From Octopus sinensis (taxonomy: Eukaryota): a stretch of 64,000 nucleotides of DNA. Every line of letters begins with the position of its first letter. Position 1 is the first letter of the stretch. Positions 23,385-38,769 of the stretch are shown here, one piece after another. The notes under the pieces were generated by a model. That model made no database searches. It was not told the DNA's origin and worked only from the letters and a program-made list of their open reading frames with translations. The stretch spans positions 49,104,001 through 49,168,000 of the forward strand of contig NC_043014.1 of assembly GCF_006345805.1 (NCBI RefSeq). The letters are read 5' to 3'. The position numbers and the translations under genes were made by a program.

Positions 23385-24598
23385 CAGGGGTTGGACAAAA
23401 TAATGGAAACACCTTAACGTTTCAAACAAATTTATTTTAATATGGCAGTAATTTTGATATTTGGCAGTAATTACAAGTTGAATTCTACGAGATATGGACT
23501 TGTGCAAAGTTTGAATTCTTTCCAAAGGAATTTTTGTTCAAACAGTCTCCAGTTCTTGTAGTGATGATAGTGGAGGATATCGGCTCCTTCCTTATTTTTC
23601 TAAAATGCACCAATAAGTGTTCAATAATATTGAGACCTGGGGACTGTGGTGGCCATATAAGATGTTCAACCTCACTAAAATGTTCCTCGTACCATTCAGT
23701 AACAACTTTAGCTGTGTGAATTGGTGCATTATCATTCTGAAAGATTGCATTTCGCTCCGGAAACAGTTCTGCAACCATTGGATGAATTTGATCAGATAAA
23801 ATGCTTCAATAATCTTGACTATTAATTCTGCCATGAAGGAAAAACATTGGGCCAGCAGATTTCCAAGATATAGCCCCCAAAGCTCATCATTGCAGATCCT
23901 CTTCCGTGTTTAATAAAAGAAAGCAGTCTGGGTCAAATGCTTCTTTTGGCTGACTCCACAAGTACACTCGGTGGTCGGAAAAAAGGTAAAGGATGACTCG
24001 TCCAAGAAAATAACATTCATCCACTGCTCTGGGGACCAATTCTGTAGATTTTTTACTCCACTCTAAACGCTTTGCAACGTTTGTTTTTGAAAGTAGTGGT
24101 TTTCTTAACAGTAGCCCTCCCTTGAAATCCTGCCTTTTGTAGCTCCCGGTGAACTGTTCTTGAGGAAACTGGGTTCTCTACAGTAATTTAGGGAGCTGTA
24201 CTTTTGTGATTCTTTCTAATAATTCGCATAAGAATCCAACGGTCCCTATCTGGAAGTTTTGGTTTTCTTCTGGAGTTTTGTTTCAACGAGGAGGTTTTTT
24301 TCCTCTTTCTCAAAGGCTGTCATTACTTTCAAGACTTCTTGATACACCAAACATTTCAGCTGTTTTCGTTATGCTAGCGCCTGCTATACGAGCACCAACA
24401 ATTTGACCGCTTTGAAAGTCCGATAGATCTGTCATCTTAATGAATTTTAATTACCTTATTTTGATGATATCTGAAAAGAAAAAGCAATTTTAGCAAAACA
24501 TATTAAGCAACACTAATAATAAATCAAAAAACGTTTTGACGGTTTTATAAATATCTCAAAATTATGATGTTATGATGCTAGGTGTTTCCATTATTTTT
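23385..24598 (-). mobile_element. Degenerate Tc1 transposon (unit 2)
   Basis: Paralogue of 3410-4622. DNAPIH and WPPQSP motifs appear in ORF 23485-23778. Confidence 0.9.
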
Positions 24599-24973
24599 GC
24601 GCGTGTGTGTATGTGTGTGTGAGAGAGTGTTATATCATATTATATTACATAATATAAGTGATCTGCAACAGCCTGTCCATCTTGTTGTTGTTGTCGTTGT
24701 TGTTGATGATGATGATGATGATGATGCATTTATCACTCTGTCAAACACACCTCTTACATTGTTCTCTCACTTATTTACGCTCAGTTTTCTGTGCGCATAT
24801 TAAAAACATCGAACATTCGGATCCAAAATGCTCAGCCACTACATCAACCGTATCAGACAAGGAAGGTTTGACATTGTTTCATTAACTAAAAATCGAAAAT
24901 TCGAGAATATCTTTTTGTCAATGATAATGTGTGATATCATATTTCATACGCAATCATTTTGTTTTTATTTCAG

Positions 24974-26453
24974 GATGAAGGAAGTAGAAGAGAATCGTAT
25001 AGGGAGAGAATTAAAAGATTTCCAAATGTAATGGAAGAAAGTTTTGAGAAAGCCGAAGAAGGTTGGTCGTCTTTCTACAAAAAAGTAGAAAGTACGTTGA
25101 ATAATGATATCTTATTTGGTTTAGAAGATGAGATTCGTCAAAAGAACGTCCTAGTATATATTCTGTGGCAGATGAACGATAAATTTTCAGCTGAAAAATT
25201 AGCCAATGAAGTTCGAGAAAAGAAGCCAGATAACCTGGTGGCATTAACCAACCTTGCATTCATTCATTTGTACGATGGAAATATCCCTGAGGTAAGAAAC
25301 CTTTTGGATAATCTAAGCAAGCTTGAAGAAAGAGAAAATTTCTCGCTGATAGAAGCAGAAGGCAAAAGAAATGTTGCTTATTGTTTAGCTACTATATCTT
25401 TTGAAGATCATGAAAGAGCTGTCGAACTTTACAAAGAGTCTCTCAACGTTTGTCCAGACATTATCTGTGTATGTTTTCTATTGCTTTGTTGCAATATCGT
25501 TGTTTAAAAAAGAACATAGTAAAGAGAAAAGACGTGAAAATATTAAGGAATCAATACAGTACTTAGAGAAAATACGATGTGCTTTTCCACGCCATATTGA
25601 TAAGGCCCTAATGGGAAGAACATTAGCATTGATTGGTTTGTTTCAACTTAGTCCTTATAATTTTCATAGTCAACCAGCTAAAGAGTATTTTCAGAGAGCT
25701 CTTGATATTTCCCCTGATGACCGCTATGTTTTGGAGAAAAGTGCCTATCATTATATACGTTCATATCAGAATGAAGAAGGAAGAAAATTGCTTGAAAAAG
25801 CAATTGAAATAAAGGCAACATCATATTCTCATCATCAGCTTGGATTAGTTTATCTAAGAATGAATACACCAAAATATACATATGTCCCAATGAACAAACA
25901 ATTCTCAAAAGAAACGAATGAATTTGCGAAAGTTTTAAAACATGCTCAAAGTATTCCTCATATAGAAAGGAATGAGTTAATCAACAAAGCTGAATATCAC
26001 TTTCAACAAGCTCTTGAACTTTCTCATGAATATTCACCTGCTCTCTATGATATCATTTTATTATATATGTCTTTGAAAGAATATGACAATGCCAGGAAGT
26101 ATTGTGAAAGATTTAAAGCAGATAACACAAGGCAAGATGTTAAGTTTTACATTTTGTTTGGAAGATTATGTTTTAAAGAAGCAGATGTAAAAAATGATGA
26201 AGAAGAAAAAGATCAATTAAGACGTACAGGAATGGATTGGTTTGTTCTGGCTCTTAAATCTGCTGTAGAATTTCTTCCTTTCGACAAAGACCTGATAGAA
26301 ATTTGGGAGATAAAGGAAATAATACTTGATTTATATGAGTATGGAAATGGAAATACTGAATACAAAAAATTTGTTTTGGAATTCATTCACTCAGTAGAAG
26401 ACCTTGCCAATGACAAGGCGTTCCAAAATATACTTCACAAGAGTGAATTATAA
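24974..26453 (+). CDS. IFIT/TTC22-like TPR gene copy 2, large exon; two 1-bp deletions (~25460 and ~25520), pseudogene or sequencing error
   Basis: Acceptor TTTCAG|GAT. ORFs 24959-25507 and 25401-26453 reconstruct the protein. CCAGACATTAT replaces CCAGACGATTAT, and CATAGTAAAG replaces CATAGATAAAG. Confidence 0.8.
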
Positions 26454-26742
26454 AAGATAAATTGTGTTCATACTTTTCTTATTACTTTCTTTATTGATAA
26501 TACTCAACAATATTTTGAAATTCATTGTTATATATCTCACGTTTTCTGAAGTAATACCAAACACGTTTATCTAAAGCTAAATTTTAAAAATCATATAAAT
26601 TTAGACTACTCCTTTCTTTGAAACACAAGATGAATGTAGCAAAGAATTCTACAGGAAATATTACTGCCTTTGTAATGGATGTGGCCCTGAAACCAACGTT
26701 GAAATGATGTCAGAGCATTCAAAGGATGACGTCATAACTAAC

Positions 26743-27285
<543 letters not shown>

Positions 27286-30107
27286 TTCGTGTTCATTAGT
27301 GTGCAGATCATTTCCTGTGTCTGTATTTTGGCAATGTCCTATCTAAGAGTTACTGCTGCTGTGGTGGTTCTACATCAGATGTAACTTAACATCGGTGACA
27401 GGTCTTGATGATAAACTTTAATACTATTTTATTATGAAAGCACTAAAGAACTGAATGGCATATTTGGCCCTTGTAAATTGTTTGCCTCTTTTCTGGGACA
27501 CAAGCAAATAACTGAGGCAGCAAAATCTTTCAACAGGTTAGCCATATGTGGAAGAGTTGTAACTTTCAGTTAAACGGGCATAAAAGAAATCGATGTAATA
27601 AACATCACAGAGAAAATACGTATAAACTTATCATCAGATCCTCGTTACTTCCCTGCACTTCCCATAAAAACATGTAAACATTCCACTAACCAAACCACAT
27701 TAGTTATGTATTAAAACCTTTTAACTTAAAGAAGAAAATAATGCGGGAGTGCTATGATAGTAGTAGGATGTTGAATGGTCAAGTGACCTAAAAGTGATCA
27801 CTTGACAATTTTAACATCCTACTACTATCCTAACATCCTGCATTCTCTTATTATTCTGTCTCTTTCTTCCTCTTCGTCTTCCTCTCCACCACCTCCTTCC
27901 TTACTTTACTACTACTGCTGTTTAGAATAACATCTACGAAAATATTATAAACAATACATTCAAAAGAGATATCACAAGGATTCAATCACTACTACCATCC
28001 ACAACAATCCACTTTCTGGGCACAACACCATTTAACATCCTACTACTATCATAGCACTCCCATATTATTTCTTCCTCCTCCACCTCCTCCTTCTTCTTCT
28101 TCTCTGCCAAGAATTCACAATGACCGCGAACCCCCAAGAGTAAACAAGAGAGACAGAGACAGGCAGAAACACGGAAAATGTCCCTTGTATTTGAATACTA
28201 TGCAAACATTCTTTTAAAGTACTTTTCATTTAATTTTTTCAAAATTTAATTGTTTTCTATACTTACAGTTGAAAAAGTCTCAATGACTGAAAACGGTAAT
28301 GAAATGTTTTTTTCATACAATTATTTTAGCATTTTCTACCTTGACTATTTTCCATATTTATATATATATATATACATACATACATTTTATTAACCTTAGC
28401 CATTTCACATAAACACACACACACACACCCACAGATTCCTCTCAATGACTTCTAATATCATCAATTCACTGGTCAACATATTTCACTACAGATTGACAAA
28501 TGTATTTTCAAGTGCATCGATGTGTGTAAACTAGGTTGCCAAACAGACATGAAACCTGATACCATTGTTCCAACATTTAGCATAAACTCAATGCAGCATC
28601 ACTTGGTTAACATTACTTACAAACACAAACAAGCCATTCCAATTTGTTCTCCTCTTTCTTATAATATCTCGTTCATGTCTAACCCCTGCCATTTTCCCAA
28701 TAAATAAAGGAAATTTATTTCATTTCATAAACTGAAAATATCGGAAAGTTTTCATTAAATATAAATTCGAAAATTTGAAAAGAAATTTAATAGTGATATG
28801 GGGTAATTCGGAGAAAGAGTGCTTGTGGCCTGGTTCCGTGGTTTGGTGCCAGGCAGACGGATAAAGCCTTTGTTCTGTCAATTTTTAGAGAAATTAATGA
28901 GTTTGGAAAATACCTCTGACCCTTTTCCGGTCAAGCAAAGTTTAAGAAACCACCCTTTAAAATGCGGTGAGCTGTGAGTTTGTTGGTCAGTTCTGCCTGA
29001 GACAGTGAGTTGGCAACAGGTGCAGTCGGAGAGGCTATGACAGGGATGACAGTCATGGCGAGAAAGACAGGCAGATAGCATTGGGGGCATGTAGAGCGAA
29101 AGAGAGGGATTACGGCGAAAAGGCATGGCTATTGTAGTAGGAGTTTGTAGCGGTATGTTTTGTTTATGTTAAAATTGTGAACTGTGTTGAAAAGAAAAAG
29201 TATTGTGTCAATAAAAGAGAACTGTGATTTGAGGAAAAGAGGAAGAAAAGAAAGAAAAAAGAACATTGTGTTAAAGAGAAAAAGAAAGAAAGACAATGTT
29301 GAACTGTTTCGAACTCTATATTGCATCAAAACATTAATGTTTTGATTGTTTCCGGACGTTCTGTATTGTGCATGCCTTTTATTGTTTTCTTTTTTTAAAT
29401 TCTGTTGCAGGTTATTTTCTTTAATGTATCTGATATGTTTCACGTTTTATTTGATGTTGTAATAATTGTATAAACTGTTGTTAAGCGTTAAGCAATTGCC
29501 TTCTGCCGTCTCTCTCTTTTCTTCCTGTTGTTGTTGTTGTTGTTATCTCCGGTCGCCGGTTCGAGTTCGCTGCCATCCCCCACAACCGTTTTCTCTGTGG
29601 CGGATTCCGTTCGACTGAGCCTGGTGAATCATTGCTCGACTTTGTAGGGTCCCGGGTTCGAGTTGAGCGATGGCAGGTTCGTAACAATAGCATTGTGTCT
29701 ACAAGATGCCTGTAACAGCACTGGATTTTCCACAATTGACAATAAAAATTGAAATAAAATAAAAGTAAAAGTATACAGTTGTGTTTGATTGTTGTTTTCC
29801 TAAAAATTATTCAAAGAAACAGATGTATAAGAAGAAAACAATGAAAGATGAAAAAAAATCGAAATTAGATGAATTTCTGATGAATTTGATCTCATAGGAT
29901 ACGTATAAGGGAAAGTGATGAGTTGTATGCAGATTGAAGAAACAAACCTTCTAGACTCACAAAATACTTAAACTAAAATATAAGTGTCATTATAGTGGTG
30001 GTTGGCTGCAGAATTTCAAAGTTCGACGTAACTTAATGCTTCGTGTAGTGTATGATGAAAGGTATTCAATGGACAAGGAAGCAGTTGTAAAGGTATTGAA
30101 GAGTATT

Positions 30108-30138
<31 letters not shown>

Positions 30139-30141
30139 CTA

Positions 30142-30200
<59 letters not shown>

Positions 30201-31972
30201 CTATCTATATATATATATATATTTCAAAACGGATAAAATGAATTATAAATATAATATAAGTAAGAACACTAAGGTACGTTTCATGGCTACAATTAAATTT
30301 GAAGTACAATTAAGTTTAAATTCAATTGAAATAAATTCAAATTAAAATTACAGTCAATCTTCAGGTTAATGATAATAGTTAAATAAATAAGCAAATAGAG
30401 TTTATCAATATTTATTTAAGAAATAAATAAAATAATAATTTTTCTTAAAAAAAAATCTCTATTATCTAAATTAGAAACTTAAATCATTAGGATTATTTCC
30501 TACAACACATTTATTATGTTAAATATTTATTTTTAAGGTAAAAAAAATAGATAGAAATATGTATTTATCTATGAAGATATAATATAGTTTAAAAATAACA
30601 TAATAAACTCTCGAATATCCTTAACTCAGTTATAGTCCAATATCTAATTACCAAATTATTTAAGAAAATAATCACTATTCATATTTTTAAATTTAAGTTC
30701 ACATCTAATAAATATAAAATATTTAAAAATAAGTATCTAAATTATAATCAACAAATATAGTAATTAAAATCTAAAATTTACTCTATCAATAAATATAAAG
30801 ACATATAATGAAAAATAAATTAATTAATTAGTCCATTATTACTTACATAAATATTATAAATATCAATATAATGTATTTATGAAATACATTTAAAAATTAA
30901 ATTATTTATGTATTGGTTTATGTCTATCACTGTTTGAGTTGCATAATAGTGGTTTTATCTCTAATTCATATTTTATATCTCTATACTGTGAACTTTGATT
31001 TAATATTAAACTGAATATTTCCCTGTAAGCTTGGAGTTATACTCCCTAATATTATTATTTATATGTATATATAATCAATAATAATAAAGGGTAAAATTAA
31101 TTAATTAATTAATTAATAATTAATGATTTTACCAATTAGTTATGAACCGCTAAGTTACGGGAATGTAAACACACCACCATCGGTTGTCAAGCGATGTTGG
31201 GAGGACAAACACATACACACACATACATATATATATACATATATACGACGGGCTTCTTTCTGTTTCCGTCTACCAAATCCTGGCCCGAAGCTATAGTAAA
31301 AGACGCTTGCTCAAGGTGCCATGCAGTGGGACTGAACTCAGAACCATGTAGTTCGTAACCAAGCTACTTAACACAAAGCCACACCGACGCCTATTTAAAT
31401 AATTTTTTTTTTCTAATTTGATAATATTCGAGGACTTTATATGAATCACTATTTGCTTTCCGTTTCGTTTTTAGTTGTTTCTAGTTTCTAGGTATTTAAT
31501 AAACGTATTCAGGTTACTCGTTTATAAATGACATTGGATCTTTTCGGTTTGAACGGCAGTTTTTTAAATTAATTTACACGTAGGAGTTTCAGTCATGTGA
31601 CTGCGGCCATACTGGAGCACCGCCTTTAATCGAGCAACTCGACCCCGAGACTTATACTTTTGCAAGCCCAGTACTTATTCTATTGGTCTCTTTTGCCGAA
31701 CCGCTAAGTAACGGGGACGTAAACACACCAGCATCGGTTGTCAAGCAATGCTAGGGGGACAAACACAGACATACAAACACACACACGCATATATATATAT
31801 ACATATATACGACAGGCTTCTTTCAGTTTCTGTCTACCAAATCTACTCACAAGGCTTTGGTCGGCCCGAGGCTATGGTAGAAGACACTTGCCCAAGGTGC
31901 CACACAGTGGGACTGAACCCAAAACCATGTGGTTGGTAAACAAGCTACTTACCACACAGCCACTCATGCGCC

Positions 31973-32046
<74 letters not shown>

Positions 32047-32367
32047 TAGTATATATATATATATACTAGCAGTATCGCCTGGCGTTGCTCGGGTTTGTAA
32101 GGGAAATAACTATATAAGCATTTTTAGAGAGTTACTTCCCTTATATAACCCGTGTAAAAATCATTAAAAATGCGGAAAAATGATGGTAAATTTTTTTTTA
32201 AATCGTAGACTCATCGTACACGCGCGCTAATACCCAGAAGGGCTCGATATGAATGACGACTATAAGATACCCGCTTTTGGTTAAACTGCACCGCAAAATG
32301 TGGGAGTAGATAGGAATCTAAATCGGAGGAGACAGAGTCTCACACACACAACTTGAATTTTATATAA

Positions 32368-32414
<47 letters not shown>

Positions 32415-32824
32415 AATTTAAATTTAAAATAATAAGAGTGAAAAATTGAATATTAATTTGATGAGTAAGAATTTAAAACCAGTGGTGTAGCATATAAGAC
32501 CATAGCGGATCTTCTTCTAGCAGAATGGATGTCCAGTTACTGCCCTCCCTGTTATATAATAGTTTCAGTATTTAAGTGAAAGTATCTGACATTACAACAG
32601 AGAAATGTTTTTCTTTCACTTTTGACACGTAATACTGAAATAGTAGAGAAGATACGATATTGCTGTTGGCTCGCCCTAGGCAAGAAGTTAATATTTTTTT
32701 TTGCTCATGACACTACATGGACCCTAAGCAAGTCTAGCAGAATGTATGTCCAGTTACAGTTACATAATAGTTTCATTTTAATAGTTTCAATATTAAAGTG
32801 AAAGTATCTGACATTACAATAGAG

Positions 32825-33840
32825 GAATCTTTTCTGTTTGATGGACGGAATTTTCTAGTTAACTAAACAATTTCAAACTTCGTATACTGGTAGAATGTGT
32901 CAAAAGAAAACATTATTGTAAACAAAATTGAAAACAAAATTGTAATTCGTAACTTAAACGTAGTTTAATTTTACGAATTTTAACTCATGAAATCGCAGCA
33001 TTCGAGCTCAAATTATTTACTGCGTCTAAAAACTCACACACACACGTCTTATTCATCCTTGTCTCTTCTGTCTTCTACATGTGCTAGAAATAACAGCTAT
33101 ATCTCATCAATCGATGAATTTCGTCGCCCAATAAAAATATTAACGATATAGTTTTGAATATTTTCTTTACCTTTTTTTACCATGGTTTTGAAGGGACAGA
33201 AACAACAAAAACAAAACAATAATATGCCTAAATCGGTCTCGCGCGTGGAGTGTGAGTAGTATTGTAAAAATTTGCGAAATATTTTTTCATAAAAGGATGC
33301 CCCAGCTTGTCGGAAGCTGTGATATAAATTGGGAAAAAAATCCTCGACACCAGTGCGTAATTGGTACTTAATTTATCGACCCCGAAACGATGAAACATTG
33401 ACCCCTTCCCTTCTGGTTTATTTACCTTTTGTGCAAATTTGTTGCGGCAAGTGGCAAAACACGATCGTGTATGTGTGCGTATGTGTGAGTACGTATATGT
33501 CCGTTTGTATGTGTGTGTACGCTTATATATTAATTACTATGTGCTTGTGCAAATGTATATGCATGTGTTTGAGAGAGAGAGAGAGAGAATGTGTGTGTGT
33601 GTCGTGCGTCTGCTATATTTTTTTATCAATATCGATAACGCAGCAATGCTGGGATTTCATTGGTTAAAATTCGAAGATGTTGGGATTTCATTGGTTAAAA
33701 TTCGTAAAATTAAACTACGTTTAAGTTACAAATTACAATTTTGTTTACAATAATGTTTTCTTTTGACACATTCTACCAGTATACGAAGTTTCAAATTGTT
33801 TAGTTAACTAGAAAATTCATCCATCAAACAGAAAAGATCC
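32825..33840. mobile_element. hAT-like long-TIR element (unit 2); one flank copy only, no tandem expansion
   Basis: TSD CAATAGAG at 32817-32824 and 33841-33848. A ~30-bp duplication sits at the inner edge of the right TIR. Confidence 0.87.
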
Positions 33841-34361
33841 CAATAGAGAGATGTTTTACTTTCACTTTTGACACGTAATACCGGTTAAACCAGTATTCGA
33901 GTAGGTCAATGCGGAAGTAAAATGTTTTTACAGAAGTCTTTCACTTTTACTCATTTAGTTGGTGACATTAACGGGCGTTGATATTATTATCTGAGATTCC
34001 CAAAACAGTTTTTATTATTTCTTAATTATTTTACTTCTCCAATCTCGACTGTTTTACTTTATTAATCCCTTCACAACTTCCAGCATTCCAATAGGACCTG
34101 GTTTCCAGAGAGGAACACTTGCACAAAAGTGACACACTCTCTCTGTATATAATATTCGTTGCCATATATTTACCCTTCTGAGAAGCTTGGATAGAGATTG
34201 GATATAGATATTGACTGTTATTATTCATTATATCATTTCTACAAATTGACCTTTCTTCATTTCACGAATACAACAGAAAGCATAATTTCACAAAAAGAAA
34301 ACGTACAAATTTTGTTGTCCAAAGAAAATTTGCCTTTTTATACACACACAGCTATAAAGGA

Positions 34362-34391
34362 ATGGCTGAAGAAATGCAGGAAACTCTACAG
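34362..34391 (+). CDS. First coding exon of TPR gene copy 3 (MAEEMQETLQ)
   Basis: ATG, 10 codons, CAG|GTGAGT donor in phase 0. It joins the exon at 40375 to give an uninterrupted 505-aa protein. Confidence 0.82.
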
Positions 34392-34529
34392 GTGAGTATA
34401 TCAATATATACACTCGCTTGAACAAATGTACACTCTTTACTCTCTCTTTTACTTGTTTCAGTCATTTGACTGCGGCCATGCTGGAGCACCGCCTTTAATC
34501 GAGCAACTCGACCCCGGGACTTATTCTTA

Positions 34530-35827
34530 CGGAAGTCTTCACAATTCAAAATAGACTTGTTCAGCTTCCAGTACCTGGGTCCCTGTCTATGGCACTTATC
34601 TAATTGCACCCTACAAGTCACAAATTTGTGATCCGTGTAAGGCACAATGTGAAACTGTGGACAACTAAACGTATCCTTATCTCTTTTCCTAACGAATATC
34701 CAATCTATATACGATGTGTGAGCCGTCGTTGTTACACCACGTCCACTGTTAACGGTCCACTAGATCAAAGCTCTCTAGTAGACCCTTGAGGCTAGGTTTC
34801 CCCTTCCTATTGGTTGAGCCAACACTGTCGACCCGCGCTTCAAGGACAGTGTTAAAGTCCCCTACTAAGACTACCGTTTCGACGTCGCTAAAAAGGGCTC
34901 CAGATTCCGAAAAAAACCCGCCTGCCTACACTCATTCGGAGCGTAGACAGCTACCAACCTGAAGGACTGTTTACTTACGTGGGTCACATCCAGAACGACC
35001 AGCCTGCCTTCTGGGTCCAGAAAGACAGTACTTACCTGCAAGTCCAAGCTCTTCCTGATAAGGACTGTCACGCCTCTTCCTCTTCCTCGGCTAGGAGAAA
35101 TAAATTTCTCAAAACCATTTAGAAGAGGCGAGAACGCTTGGGCCCCGTTCATCTTGGACTCGGTTACAATAGCTACATCCACTCCGTGTGTCGTGAGGTC
35201 GTTCAGGAAATAAATTTGTTTCCATTTCGACCCCATTCCACGCACATTTACGCAACCCAGCTTTGCCATTGTCGGTGAGAGAAAAAATAAACAAAGTTAC
35301 GGTTGGAACAGGGAGCATGGCAGTTTAAATCTGCCTGCTTCCCCTTCTTCCTCCCTTGTGGTCGTAGCTGCAGGGCTCTTAACCGGCGTTGCCATCGGGC
35401 TCTGGGTAGGTGTGGTTGCCGGGGTTATAATAAGTTTACCCTCCAGTATTTCCTTTGTTACATCTCTTATAAGATTATTCTTTAAATGTTCTTGTAGTGT
35501 TTTTTCCTTCCACTCGTCTTCCTTTATTTTTGCGAAGCGAGTGGTTGATTTTGTGTCTGTAGACTTACTGAATAGTTTAACTTTTGAAAATTTGAAATAT
35601 TTGTACACCCTATCGTTCTTCTCGTCAAATGCTATAATCTTATCATTTTTTTTAAACAATTTTTTCAAATCTTGTTTTATGGGGAGGGGCTTGGCGAACT
35701 GTGTTCCAATGAATATAGTGCCGTGGGGGTAGGGCTGGGGAATTTGTTTTGTATGTATGTCTGCGGTGTTTGCTGATTTTTTCTTTGTTTGGGGAGGGGA
35801 GTCCAGAGTGTTATCTTTTTTTCTTTT
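34530..35827 (-). mobile_element. LINE remnant (ORF1 tail plus endonuclease only; RT removed by a ~2.6-kb deletion)
   Basis: Junction GGGACTTATTCTT|ACGGAAGTC at ~34529 fuses the SINE (equivalent of ~16553) to the LINE (equivalent of ~19135). Confidence 0.92.
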
Positions 35828-36935
35828 TCAAATTGTTTAGTTAACTAGAAAATTCCGTCCACCAAACAGAAAAGATCCCAATGGAGAGATGTTTTACTTT
35901 CACTTTTGACATGTGATATCGATTCACCAGTTTTCGAGTAGGTCAATGCGGAAGTAAAATGTCTTTACAGAAGTCTTTCACATTTACTCATTTAGTTGGT
36001 GACATTAACGGGCGTTGATATTATTATCTGAGATTCCCAAAACAGTTTTTATTATTTCTTAATTATTTTCCCTCTTCAATCTCGACTATTTTACTTTATT
36101 AATCCCTTCACAACTTCCAGCATTCCAATAGGACCTGGTTTCCAGAGAGGAACACTTGCACAAAAAGTGACACTCTCTCTGTATATAATATTCGTTGCCA
36201 TATATTTACCCTTCTGAGAAGCTTGGATAGAGATTGGTTACAAATTTAAGTTACAAATTACAATTTTGTTTACAATAATGTTTTCTTTTGACACATTCTA
36301 CCAGTATACGAAGTTTCAAATTGTTTAGTTAACTAGAAAATTCCGTCCATCAAACAGAAAAGATCCCAATAGAGAGATGTTTTACTTTCACTTTTGACAT
36401 GTGATATCGATTCACCAGTATTCGAGTAGGTCAATGCGGAAGTAAAATGTTTTTACAGAAGTCTTTCACATTTACTCATTTAGTTGGTGACATTAACGGG
36501 CGTTGATATTATTATCTGAGATTCCCAAAACAGTTTTTATTATTTCTTAATTATTTTCCCTCTTCAATCATTGGTTAAAATTCGTAAAATTAAACTACGT
36601 TTAAGTTACAAATTACAATTTTGTTTACAATAATGTTTTCTTTTGACACATTCTACCAGTATACGAAGTTTCAAATTGTTTAGTTAACTAGAAAATTCCG
36701 TCCATCAAACAGAAAAGATCCCAATAGAGAGATGTTTTACTTTCACTTTTGACATGTGATATCGATTCACCAGTATTCGAGTAGGTCAATGCGGAAGTAA
36801 AATGTTTTTACAGAAGTCTTTCACATTTACTCATTTAGTTGGTGACATTAACGGGCGTTGATATTATTATCTGAGATTCCCAAAGCAGTTTTTATTATTT
36901 CTTAATTATTTTACTTCTCCAATCTCGACTGTTTT
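35828..36935. repeat. Intronic TIR+IRF-site array (3 copies) with a GAS-containing spacer
   Basis: AAAAGATCCC at ~35875, ~36362 and ~36717. Confidence 0.9.
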
Positions 36936-37470
36936 AGAATTTTAGAATTTTATCGTAACACAACCATAATAAGAGAAGAATAACCGATCCTAGATTTGGT
37001 AGCGTAGCATCATCTAGTTATTAGCTTTCGAAAATGTTGTGGGGAAAATGAATTCCATTGTTTATTTAAATGGTTTTTCAGTTTCATTAAACACACATAC
37101 ACAAATGTATATACACTCTCACACGTTCTCCAGAGTCTACAGTGGGGTATACATACTCACGCACGCACACAGTCGAGTAATGGTAAAGGGTGTGCGTGTG
37201 CACACGCACACACGCAGAGTCAGAAACGCACGCACACACTTGATCGGGCGTGCGCACACAAAAACACACTCTCACACATACACACACAGAATGTCTTCAA
37301 TCTTATGCATTGTCAACTTGCGAAATACTTCTTACGTAGAATCTTTCCACAATAGAAAAGTTTCAAATTTTCTAAATAACCGATCCAATTTCTTTTCGAA
37401 CCTATGATAAATTTGATAACCTGATATTATCCAAGCAATTACCCAAGCTACTAGAGGTCAAAAACTCCCT

Positions 37471-37893
37471 GGGATCTTTTCGGTTTGAACGGCAGTTTTT
37501 AACATAATTTCTAGGTAACTAAAAAAATTTAAACTTCGTATACTGGTAGAATGTGTTTATAAAACATCTTTTTCTCTTGGCTTTATTGAGAAAATTCTAT
37601 AGTTTGTAAGATATTTGTTGTTTTTTTTCTTCAATTTCTGCAATTTCAACCAATCAGTGACGTCTATTGAGTTAAAAAGCATTGTGTGCCGTATGAATAT
37701 GTCCCTCGTTTAAGAAACAGATTGGGTTTATTTACATTTGTGAAGAAAAAAAAGATACCCTTCAACCACCCCTAACTAACCCTAACCCTAAAACAGATTG
37801 AAATGCAATAGATCGATACAAGGGTCATAATTTTGGGTGACAATTTCATATGAAACCGCTAGAAAAAACTGCCGTTCAAACCGAAGAGATCCC
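37471..37893. mobile_element. GGGATC-TIR MITE (unit 3)
   Basis: Paralogue of 2106-2528. Confidence 0.85.
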
Positions 37894-38769
37894 AAGCTGC
37901 TGCTAGTCTTATGACCGCTACAACAGCAATCAAAAAGATTCATGTTCTGTCGTGTTTTCGTGAGAAAAAAAAAATGGACATCGAAGGGGAATAAATCTTT
38001 TATGGTTTGTGTATGATAGTTAAGGAAAGGTTGCCATGATGAATAAAACACGGGAGACAATATATACGTGTGTTCCACAGAGTAATTTCCCTTGAAATGA
38101 AATTGTAAAATTCCTTTTCTCTGTATTAAAATCGAGGGCAGCGTTTATATCTCTAACTTTTTAGTATAGTGATGCAATTTTATAGAAGACTAGCAGTATA
38201 ACCCGGCGTTGCTCGGGTTTCTTTCGACCCTTTAGGATTGGAATTTTTGAAAGCTACAAATTTTGCATTATGTAGCTTGTTATTCTCTGAACATTTTTCT
38301 GGTAGAAATACACTGAGAAATGGCGACAGAGCAGTCAAAAAAAATCGTCAAAATTAGGGATTTTCATAGAAAAAAAGCACCTTTTTGATGTTAACATGCT
38401 CCGATTTGAATTTTTTCTTCTACGGAAGGAAGAGCAAGCCTTCTTCTATCATACTCTCAATTTTGGTCAACTTGTGCCGCAGGGTCTCAGAGGAGATAGT
38501 GTCAGTTGAAGGCTACCAAACCTGCCATACACAGACAACTTCAGCTTTATATAGAGAGAGATTAATTGTACAGAAATATATAATTTCGCTGCTTTTCGGA
38601 GACGCGCGCACTCACACATGTATGTATATATGAATATGTATAAATGTGTAGGTGAAAGTGTTTGTGTGCGTGTATATGTGTGTGTTATATACTTATAGGC
38701 GTAGTTGTGCGGTAAAAAGGTTGTTTCTCAACCCTGTGCCACTTGGTTCGATTTCAGTTTCCGCCTATA

